A stretch of 38,520 bases of DNA from a virus. Taxonomy: Duplodnaviria > Caudoviricetes. The notes beneath the pieces are model-generated. The model did no database searches, was not told the DNA's origin, and saw only the letters and a list, made by a program, of their open reading frames with translations. The stretch is taken from IMG/VR virus record IMGVR_UViG_3300022923_000035, positions 1 through 38,520 of that record; one strand, given 5' to 3'. The position numbers were made by a program, and so were the translations under genes. Position 1 is the stretch's first letter. Every line of letters starts with the position of its first letter. Positions 1 through 8,000 of the stretch are shown piece after piece.

Positions 1-696
1 AACACCTTTTGTTTTTGTAGAAGCCGACATATGATTTAATGAAGAATCCATACCTATAAATCCTTCAGAATTTTTTAGTAACTCATGTATAATAGGATAT
101 CTTTCTGTACACTTAATTGTATTCATATAAGCAGGTTCATTTGGCAATGTACAATCAATAATAGTTAAGTTTGGATCATTTTCTTTTAGTATATTAACTA
201 CCTGTTGTGCTAGAAAATGTGGATAATTTCTACCTGGATTTGGTGAATTATAGATATTATTTTGATTCCATCCTACTGGTGGTTGACCTCCTGTAAACTG
301 TACTAAAACATATTTACCTGTAATTTTGTTATCTGCTAACCACTTCTCAGCTTGTGGTTTTAAATGCGTTGTGTACATTGTAGGTGCCATCGTATCTTTA
401 AATTCTACACCATGTAATTTACAATATGACTCTACCAAATGCTCTTTACCTAACATAAAGTTTGATTTGTATGGTTCGCAAAAATAGATATTATCGGATT
501 GTCTTATTCTATGATCGTTATTTGGAATTGTGTTGGCGTCAAATGCTAATTTCACTTTCATGTTATTAGCAAATACATCAACATAGGGTGTGTACACTTG
601 TATAGGCTCACCAGCCTTTTCTACTAACTTGTCAATAAGACAAGAGAACATGATATGTTTACCAATACCACCTTCAACAAAATATGTATCTAACAT
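1..696 (-). CDS. GT9-family (ADP-heptose:LPS heptosyltransferase-like) glycosyltransferase, 3' end outside window
   Basis: Not in the ORF track; translated by hand from ATG at 696: MLDTYFVEGGIGKHIMFSCLI...VLVQFTGG...GRNYP...SEGFIGMDSSLNHMSAS. The N-terminal GGIG and C-terminal FIGxDSxxxH match GT9 motifs. GAGG SD and a late promoter lie upstream. Confidence 0.75.
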   Translation of the reverse strand, partial: MLDTYFVEGGIGKHIMFSCLIDKLVEKAGEPIQVYTPYVDVFANNMKVKLAFDANTIPNNDHRIRQSDNIYFCEPYKSNFMLGKEHLVESYCKLHGVEFKDTMAPTMYTTHLKPQAEKWLADNKITGKYVLVQFTGGQPPVGWNQNNIYNSPNPGRNYPHFLAQQVVNILKENDPNLTIIDCTLPNEPAYMNTIKCTERYPIIHELLKNSEGFIGMDSSLNHMSASTKTKGV

Positions 697-725
697 TATT
701 TACCTCACTTAATATAATATATAGT

Positions 726-733
726 TATTTATA
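726..733 (-). promoter_or_regulatory. T4-type late promoter TATAAATA
   Basis: Exact TATAAATA on the minus strand, intergenic, upstream of the GT9 gene. Confidence 0.75.
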
Positions 734-735
734 CT

Positions 736-1332
736 TTAACTTACTCCGAATAATAATATCTCTCCAGCATCTATTGTACCACCTGAGAATTTGAATTGTA
801 CTCCATCTATTGCAGTTGTAGTATTACAATATCCAGCTACAAAACTATCCATACTTAAATCTTCAAATTGATATGAATTACCTCTACCGATAAAATGTTT
901 AACAAAAGTTGTAGATGAGGGATTAAATAAATGTAAATAACCACTTACAGATTGGTCATTATCATTACCAGAATTTCTAACTAATTGTTGAAAACTTGTT
1001 GATTGTGCTAAATCTCCGTCAGATTGATAAGCTATATCTGCATAAACATCATTTTCTGAATGTTGTGTTTTAAAATGGGTTGTTGTTTTAATTGCGTCAT
1101 ACAAACTACCACCATCTCTAAAACCTACTTCAAAAAAAGCATTATCTTGTGAGCCATGAATATTAACATAATAAAAAATGTATTCCTTATATGTGCTATC
1201 AATATCAGATGTAAAGCTAATAGAGGAAGATGCACTAGCAGTTTGTTTTGATAAAAATACTAAACTTCCACCAAAGCCTGATGCCATTGAACCATTGTTG
1301 AATATTGTTGTGCCGTTAGATATTAATCCCAT
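736..1332 (-). CDS. Putative tail-fibre tip/virion protein, paralog 3 of 3
   Basis: MGLISNGTT leader; TASASSSISFTSDID, LFNPSSTTFVKH and AGYCNTT shared with the two adjacent ORFs. Confidence 0.6.
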   Translation of the reverse strand: MGLISNGTTIFNNGSMASGFGGSLVFLSKQTASASSSISFTSDIDSTYKEYIFYYVNIHGSQDNAFFEVGFRDGGSLYDAIKTTTHFKTQHSENDVYADIAYQSDGDLAQSTSFQQLVRNSGNDNDQSVSGYLHLFNPSSTTFVKHFIGRGNSYQFEDLSMDSFVAGYCNTTTAIDGVQFKFSGGTIDAGEILLFGVS

Positions 1333-1934
1333 TATTTTACCCCATACATTTTGATTATTCCACTATCTATATTTCCATTAAGAAAAGTAAATTGAACCCC
1401 AGTAATAGCAAGAGTTTCATTACAATATCCACCTGCACAATCCTCAACAGCAAAATCAGCTTGATGTGATCTACTTCCTCTAAAAATAAAATGTTTTGCA
1501 AAGGTCGTGCTAGATGGATTAAAAAGTTGTAATGTTCCAACACAACAATGGTCGTTATCGTTTCCAACATTTGGCATTAAACTTTGAGATCCTGTGCTTT
1601 GTGCTAAATCAAATCCTGTTTGATAACCTATACCTGCTCCACCATCATTTTCAAAATGATATGCTCTAAAAAAAGTAGATGTTTTTGTTGCAGTAAAAGT
1701 TGTGTCACCAGATTTACGAAAATTAACTTGAAAATTAGTATTATCATTTGACGGGTGAATATCAATAAATTTAAAAATATAAGAATCATAAGTTGAATCT
1801 ATCCCAGAAGTAAAATCTATTGATGAACTAGCACTTGCAGTTTGAGTAGAAAGTAATGTTAAACTTCCTGTTGATACTGCACTATCTAAAGCACCACCAC
1901 TTATTAATGTTGTTCCATTTGATACTACTGCCAT
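1332..1934 (-). CDS. Putative tail-fibre tip/virion protein, paralog 2 of 3
   Basis: MAVVSNGTT leader; same motifs; TAATG stop/start overlaps with both neighbours. Confidence 0.6.
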   Translation of the reverse strand: MAVVSNGTTLISGGALDSAVSTGSLTLLSTQTASASSSIDFTSGIDSTYDSYIFKFIDIHPSNDNTNFQVNFRKSGDTTFTATKTSTFFRAYHFENDGGAGIGYQTGFDLAQSTGSQSLMPNVGNDNDHCCVGTLQLFNPSSTTFAKHFIFRGSRSHQADFAVEDCAGGYCNETLAITGVQFTFLNGNIDSGIIKMYGVK

Positions 1935-2536
1935 TATGAATCCTTTATTCCATAAAGTTTAAAAGTTCCTGTTTCTATATTGCCAGAAGCAAATCTAAAT
2001 CGAACTGCATTAACTGCCGAAGTTGTGTTGCAATATCCAGCTATAAAAAAATGACTTTCTCTTGGTGCTGTAGCCATTTGACTATTTTCAGCTATATAAT
2101 GTTTTACAAAAGTTGTAGATGATGGATTAAATAAAAACAAATATCCATTATCACTAGCATCAGAATTACTATATGCTGACCTTCCAATCTGTTGATTTCC
2201 TGTACTTTGTGTCAAATCCATAGAACTGTTGTAAGATAAATTTGCATAACTATCATCTTCATTGTGTTCAGCATCAAAAACAGTAGAGGTTTTTGTTACA
2301 TTATAGTTTGAACCACCATCAGAAGAAAAATTTACATGGTACTCAACATCATTAGTTCCAGGATGTACATTAATCCATTCAATTTTATAAATAGGATAAG
2401 TGCTATCTATTCCACTTGTTATTTCTACAGATGATGAATTAGAAGCAGTAGAAGTTGATAACAAAACCAAACCACCTAATGCTACATTAAATGCACCACT
2501 ATTTAACATGGTCGTACCATTAGATATTATTGCCAT
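1934..2536 (-). CDS. Putative tail-fibre tip/virion protein, paralog 1 of 3
   Basis: MAIISNGTT leader; same motifs; AAGGA SD. Confidence 0.6.
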   Translation of the reverse strand: MAIISNGTTMLNSGAFNVALGGLVLLSTSTASNSSSVEITSGIDSTYPIYKIEWINVHPGTNDVEYHVNFSSDGGSNYNVTKTSTVFDAEHNEDDSYANLSYNSSMDLTQSTGNQQIGRSAYSNSDASDNGYLFLFNPSSTTFVKHYIAENSQMATAPRESHFFIAGYCNTTSAVNAVRFRFASGNIETGTFKLYGIKDS

Positions 2537-2566
2537 TGTTTTTCCTTACTCTGGTTTAGTTGGCCA
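2532..2566. repeat. 35-bp perfect direct repeat, copy 1 (other copy 4195-4229)
   Basis: gccattgtttttccttactctggtttagttggcca; spans WPTKPE-stop, SD and the next start codon. Confidence 0.9.
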
Positions 2567-2848
2567 ACTAACAGCGTTTACTTGTTCTACTGTCGAAAGA
2601 CCACTAGTTAAATTTCTTAATGATGTACGATAAGTTTCCCATTCAGTCTTTTTTGCGTCTGTAAGAGGACTATCTGGTAAAATTGTCCAATCACTATCTT
2701 TTAATAAAGTATTTCTTGTTGATCTTAAACTTGCAATTTCTCTATCAAAAGCACCAGCAGTCCATGCTGCTTCTTCAGCATCTCTGGCCGCTTCTTCTTC
2801 AGCAGTTAACTGAACTGAAACACCATCTACTAATTTAAATCTAGGCAT
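2546..2848 (-). CDS. Tail fibre assembly chaperone-like protein (Tfa-like C-terminus)
   Basis: LRSTRNTLLKDSDWT...WETYRTSLRNL...WPTKPE, typical of the phage tail assembly chaperone domain. Confidence 0.75.
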   Translation of the reverse strand: MPRFKLVDGVSVQLTAEEEAARDAEEAAWTAGAFDREIASLRSTRNTLLKDSDWTILPDSPLTDAKKTEWETYRTSLRNLTSGLSTVEQVNAVSWPTKPE

Positions 2849-2862
2849 TTATTTTCTCCTTA

Positions 2863-3207
2863 TTAACTCTTTGGATTATCAGTTTTAACTTGTGCTACGT
2901 GATCTTTCCAAGTAGTTGTACCATTAACATTATCCCAATACAGCATGTCTAACTGTGCACCTATATCACCATAAGCAACTTTTCTTGTTACATCTACTTG
3001 AGCACTACTCTCAGCAGTATTTCCAGCAGTTTCATAAGATGCCAATTGTTCGTTAGTCGGTTTTGTAACACCTGAAATATTCCATTCTTTAATGTATGGT
3101 CCATTACCGTCTGAGTCGTCTTGTAACAAAACGTCAGTTAAAAAATTTACACTAGAAACACCATTTGCAGCTGCATAAAGTTTTACTTTTGTTGCTAAAT
3201 TTGCCAT
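2863..3207 (-). CDS. XkdW-like tail-fibre partner protein
   Basis: LQDDSDGNGPYIKEWN...KPT and QLDMLYWD...WKDHVAQVKTDNPK motifs seen in small phage fibre-associated proteins. Confidence 0.55.
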   Translation of the reverse strand: MANLATKVKLYAAANGVSSVNFLTDVLLQDDSDGNGPYIKEWNISGVTKPTNEQLASYETAGNTAESSAQVDVTRKVAYGDIGAQLDMLYWDNVNGTTTWKDHVAQVKTDNPKS

Positions 3208-3225
3208 ATTTTTTCCTTTTATTAC

Positions 3226-3233
3226 TATTTATA
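3226..3233 (-). promoter_or_regulatory. T4-type late promoter TATAAATA
   Basis: Exact motif, intergenic, upstream of 2863..3207. Confidence 0.7.
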
Positions 3234-3671
3234 TTATTCGATTATTCTGTATCCACCCCATTGAACAGTAATTCCACTTGAATAAGCTGTACTACTTCCA
3301 CCAGCAGAATTAAAATATAATTCAATATAATCTGTATCGTTAAGATCAGCATAACCACAAACTAATTGAGGATAATTATTAGCTGCTGAAGCCATAGAAC
3401 CAGATTCTACAAATCTAGTACCACTTTTGTAAAGACCAACTAAAAATCTTTCTCCACTTATTCCAAGTAAATAAACATAACCATAAATAAAATATTTTCC
3501 AGCAACTCCTGGTGTAAATTTATCTGATGAAAATTTACTTTGTGGATCAAAAATTTCTGACCATCCAGTTATTTTAGTCCATGTACTTGCTGATATAGAT
3601 TGATCTCCATTTTTACGAACTAAAAAAGTTGGAGTGTTAACCTGTTCTATTCCGTTTGCGTATAATGGCAT
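3234..3671 (-). CDS. C1q/TNF-like beta-sandwich putative tip protein
   Basis: NTPTF, KFTPGVAGKYFIY and LNDTDYIELY resemble the C1q-like pattern; paralogous to 3684..4199. Confidence 0.55.
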   Translation of the reverse strand: MPLYANGIEQVNTPTFLVRKNGDQSISASTWTKITGWSEIFDPQSKFSSDKFTPGVAGKYFIYGYVYLLGISGERFLVGLYKSGTRFVESGSMASAANNYPQLVCGYADLNDTDYIELYFNSAGGSSTAYSSGITVQWGGYRIIE

Positions 3672-3683
3672 AATTTATTTTCC

Positions 3684-4199
3684 TTATTCTACAATTTTCA
3701 TTGCACTAAAAACTGTTTCTTTTGCACTACTATCTGCATTACCAGCAATAGCACAAGAACCACTGTCGTTAGTTTGTACAAAAGCATACATTTCAAAATA
3801 ATCATTTACTGATACATCTTGTATCCAAGTTTCAGTTAAAACAACTTCTCTAATTGAACCAGCATTATCAAAAAAAATATTTTTTCTTCTTTGATTTCCA
3901 TTATCATAAAAATAAGCATCTGCTCTATATAACTCATTAGCACTATCATAAAATGTTACTTTAAATTGAAATAAATATTTTCCAGCTTCTGTTGCAGTAA
4001 ATTTATTATTAGTTAAATCAAAAACACCAGATGTACTTTCACTTGAAACAGCTTCAAAAGTAAGTTTTCCTGTAGTTGAATGATTTATATCCTGATTACT
4101 TGTTTTGTGTGCAGAAAAGTATGGAGTATTAACACCACCTATACCACTAGCCAACGCACCACTACTGATAATAGTTGTTCCGTTAGATATGATCGCCAT
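3684..4199 (-). CDS. C1q/TNF-like putative tip protein with shared N-terminal leader
   Basis: MAIISNGTTIISSGALASGIGG then NTPYFSA, FTATEAGKYLF, VNDYFEMYA. Confidence 0.6.
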   Translation of the reverse strand: MAIISNGTTIISSGALASGIGGVNTPYFSAHKTSNQDINHSTTGKLTFEAVSSESTSGVFDLTNNKFTATEAGKYLFQFKVTFYDSANELYRADAYFYDNGNQRRKNIFFDNAGSIREVVLTETWIQDVSVNDYFEMYAFVQTNDSGSCAIAGNADSSAKETVFSAMKIVE

Positions 4200-4201
4200 T
4201 G
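4134..4201. repeat. 68-bp direct repeat, copy 1 (other copy 4934-5001; 2 mismatches)
   Basis: Encodes the identical 22-aa leader MAIISNGTTIISSGALASGIGG; the copies are exactly 800 bp apart. Confidence 0.92.
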
Positions 4202-4208
4202 TTTTTCC

Positions 4209-4547
4209 TTACTCTGGTTTAGTTGGCCATACTACTGCCTCAACTTCTTCAACAGTAGTTAAACCATTTGTTATATCTCTTAATGCCTGTCTATATGTTG
4301 ACATTTCTGTAGATAATGTCTGGTCAGATAAGGCAAGGTAATCTGTTTCTGCAATTAGTTTATTTCTTTTGGTTCTTAAATCTTCCATAGCCATATCAAA
4401 TTCTACAATAGGTAATTGTGCTTGTATGTCAGCTTTAGAAATAGGTGTTGTTCCATTTTCCCAAGTGATTTGATTAATGTCATTATCACTTACACTTACT
4501 TCTGCGTTTGGATTTATTTTAAGTATTGCTTTTATTATATTTGTCAT
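4209..4547 (-). CDS. Tail fibre assembly chaperone-like protein
   Basis: LRTKRNKLIAETDY...YRQALRDIT...WPTKPE C-terminus, shared with 2546..2848; the N-terminal half differs. Confidence 0.75.
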   Translation of the reverse strand: MTNIIKAILKINPNAEVSVSDNDINQITWENGTTPISKADIQAQLPIVEFDMAMEDLRTKRNKLIAETDYLALSDQTLSTEMSTYRQALRDITNGLTTVEEVEAVVWPTKPE

Positions 4548-4549
4548 AA

Positions 4550-4999
4550 TTATCCTTCTATTTCAAATGCTGTTATTCTGCCTGTATTACCATTATTTAA
4601 ATAAACTGTTCCACTGAGATTTCTAAAATAAACTTGATAAGTAAGTTGAGATGTGGAGCTTGGAGAATCTAGTGTAGACATTGAAAGAGGATTCCAAGTT
4701 AATCTATTTTCTGTTATACCAGTGCTAGTTCCTAAATTTGTTGAATCTCTATAAATAGTAAAATAACCTCTACCAGAAGCTGTTTCTGATATTGATGTAA
4801 CAATAACAAAAATTTTATTTGATGAAGAAGCTGGAGTTATATTAACTGAAAGTGTGTTTGACGCAGTTACAAATGAAGTTGAGGTTGTTTCTCTAAATGT
4901 AGTATCTGTTGCAGTAACAACTTGCAAAACCTTACCACCTATACCACTAGCCAACGCACCACTACTGATAATAGTTGTTCCGTTGGATATGATGGCCAT
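4550..4999 (-). CDS. Putative tail-fibre tip protein with shared N-terminal leader
   Basis: 22-aa leader then GKVLQVV, ITPASSSNKI, LDSPSSTSQLTYQV, ITAFEI; a beta-sandwich family common in marine phage tail loci. Confidence 0.6.
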   Translation of the reverse strand: MAIISNGTTIISSGALASGIGGKVLQVVTATDTTFRETTSTSFVTASNTLSVNITPASSSNKIFVIVTSISETASGRGYFTIYRDSTNLGTSTGITENRLTWNPLSMSTLDSPSSTSQLTYQVYFRNLSGTVYLNNGNTGRITAFEIEG

Positions 5000-5001
5000 T
5001 G
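4934..5001. repeat. 68-bp direct repeat, copy 2
   Basis: See 4134-4201. Confidence 0.92.
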
Positions 5002-5002
5002 A

Positions 5003-8000
5003 TTAGACCTCTTCTATATTGAACTTATATTTCTTACCTGATTTGTTATTAATCAAAAATAGATCGTTAGCACCTTCTTGGATAGTCCAATTACCTTTTG
5101 TACCATCAATAGAGTTACCTGTACCATCTTCGTTAGATAAGTTTAAGTCTCCAGTGTATATGTTTGCCCATACGTTACCAGAAGCACCTAAGTCTTGTGT
5201 ATTTGTTGTAAACGGTACGATACTTCCAGCAGTTCTAACAATTGTATGTGTTGTATTACCTAAAGTAATTTCATTACTTGCTGTAGCAGTAGACGCACTA
5301 GCATAAGCACCAATTATTATATTATTAGTTGCTGTTGTTGTGGTTCTTCCAGCACCGTATCCTAAAACAACGTGACATTGTGCATCATTAAAAGTACATG
5401 CTGCCTGAGATCCAATCGCAACGTTTTTTTGCAAATTTGTTGGAGTAGTAAAAGACGACATTGCAAATCTACCTAATGCAACGTTGTCGGAACCACCCTG
5501 ATTATCATGCAAAGAATAGTTTCCAACTGCTACGTTACCGTCACCAGATGTAATACAACTCATTGAATTAGCACCCACAGCGGTGTTTTTTCCACCAGTG
5601 TTTATGGTATTCATTGCATAACCACCAATAGCAGTGTTTGAATATGCACTTATTGTCATTCCAGAAGCACTGAAAACACTTGTACCAATACCAATGTTAT
5701 TGCTACCAGTCATACCTGAATTGTTGGCATACCCTGCACATTGACCTATCGTAATGTTATTACTACTCTTAGAGTTACCTGAATTGTAACCCATTGTAAT
5801 ATTACCCGTAACACCGAAATTAGATGCATATGCACCGTAAGCAGATTTATGTCCTATAGCAATGTTATATTGAGATGTAGATGTCCATTTACCTGCCTGA
5901 GAACCAATACCAATATTACCTATTGAAGTGACATTATTACCAACATAACTTAGTGAACTATTACCAATACCAATATTACAACATCCAACTGTCAGACATC
6001 CTCCTGCAAAAGCACCTAAAGATATGTTATATTTACCAGAAGTCACGGAATTCATGTTATAATCACCAATAGCAATATTTTGATTACCAGTGTGTATTGT
6101 TTTTAAAGCACTTCTTCCAATAGCAATGTTTGATTGAGCACTTGCAGTTAAAGTACATTGAGAGCCTGTATTTAGACCTATGAGTACGTTATGCGTACCT
6201 GATCCTCCATCACCACCTATTGAATCGGTTACAACGTTATTAGAATTGCATATATTAACAGCAGCACTACCACCTGAAGCAGCCGCTAATACGATACCAC
6301 CACAAGATGAACTATATGTTAAAACTTGACCGTCTGTTGATCCTAAACCTGGAATTCTTAATAAAGTATGTGTTGCGTTACCTAAAGTAATTTGATTTGA
6401 AGCAGTATTATTTGAAGGTGCAGCATAATGACCTATTGAAATGTTATTAGTAGTTGCACTATCAGCACCAAAACCAGCATTTTTTCCTATATTTACATGA
6501 AAACATCCATTGTTATTTGCACTTGTACCAACAGCTACATTACAATATCCTGTATCACCATAACCTGCAGCTCGGCCTATAACTACGTTACAATTTCCAC
6601 TACCAAGTTTAGCTGCAACTGAACCAACAATTACGTTACCTGATCCAGCTGAAGATTGCCAAGTTTCATCACCAACAATTACGTTACTATTATTAGTTCC
6701 AGAAGCACCACAGGCTGCTCTCCATCCTAGAATTGTATTGTATTGGCCAGCTCCTAAACAATATGCCTTCCATCCCATTACTGTATTACCTTTATGAGAA
6801 GAAAGTGAACGACCAGCACAAGCACCATGTAAAGTATTCATTGCTCCAGTAGTTAATGAATATCCACTTTGAGAACCTGAAGCAACGTTGTCGCAACCAG
6901 TTGTTAAACTATTTCCTGCTGCATCTCCAATAACAGTGTTGTTAAGACCTGTCATTGTAGTATTTTGAGTTTCAGAAATTACAATGTTTGTAGTACTTGA
7001 TGTTGGAGTATAGTCACATCCACCACCACCTGAAGCAGCCGCTAATACGATACCACCACAAGATGAACTATATGTTAAAACTTGGCCATCTGTTGAACCT
7101 AAACCTGGAATTCTTAATAAATTATGTGTTGCGTTACCTAAAGTAATTTCGTTAGATACAGTTCCAGAACTTGGTTGAGCGTCATATCCAATTACTATAT
7201 TGTTTGTCCCAGTTATACCAGCATATATACCCATACTACCTGACCCTGTAGCAGCATATGTTCCTATTGAAGTGTTACAATCCCCATTAAAAAATCCTGA
7301 ATCAGTACCAACAGCAGTATTTTTACTAACACCTGCACCTGCTTGACTCATAGCTTCTGTTCCAATAGCAGTATTTTGACCACCATAAACCACATCTTTT
7401 AGACTCAGCCATCCAACTCCAACGTTATTTGAACCATTGGTTATTAAACAACCAGAATCTGCACCAACAAAAGTGTTTCGAGCAGCAGAAGTAATGCATT
7501 GTCCAGCAGCATCACCAATAACAGTATTATCAGTACCTGTCATTGTAGTATTTTGAGTTTCAGAAATTACAATGTTTGTAGTACTGGATGTTGGAGTATA
7601 GTCACATCCACCACCACCAGCAGCCGCTAATACGATACCACCACAAGCAGAACTATATGTTAAAACTTGACCATCTGTTGAACCTAAACCTGGAATTCTT
7701 AATAGATTGTGTGTTACGTTACCTAAAGTAATTTCATTTGAAGCAGTAGCATTTGTAGGTAAGGCGCAATGACCAATTACTATATTGTTAGTACCTCCTC
7801 CAAGAGTACCGCCAGCACAAGAATAGTTTGCAAATCCTCCAATACTTATGTTACAACTACCAGTAGATATTCCATCCCCAGCATTATCACCCATACTTAC
7901 GTTAAAGCAACCAGTTGAAGCACAATATCCAGCACTATTACCAATAAGCACGTTGCCGTTACCTGTAATTGTACCACTTTTTCCTGCGTAAGAACCAACT

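Noticed and set aside
736-5001. Invertase-driven shufflon
   Set aside because: All repeats are direct, all cassettes are on one strand with their own start codons, and no recombinase gene is visible
5003-5230. Peptidase S74 intramolecular chaperone at the fibre C-terminus
   Set aside because: No SDxRLK cleavage motif; the domain is a different, shorter one
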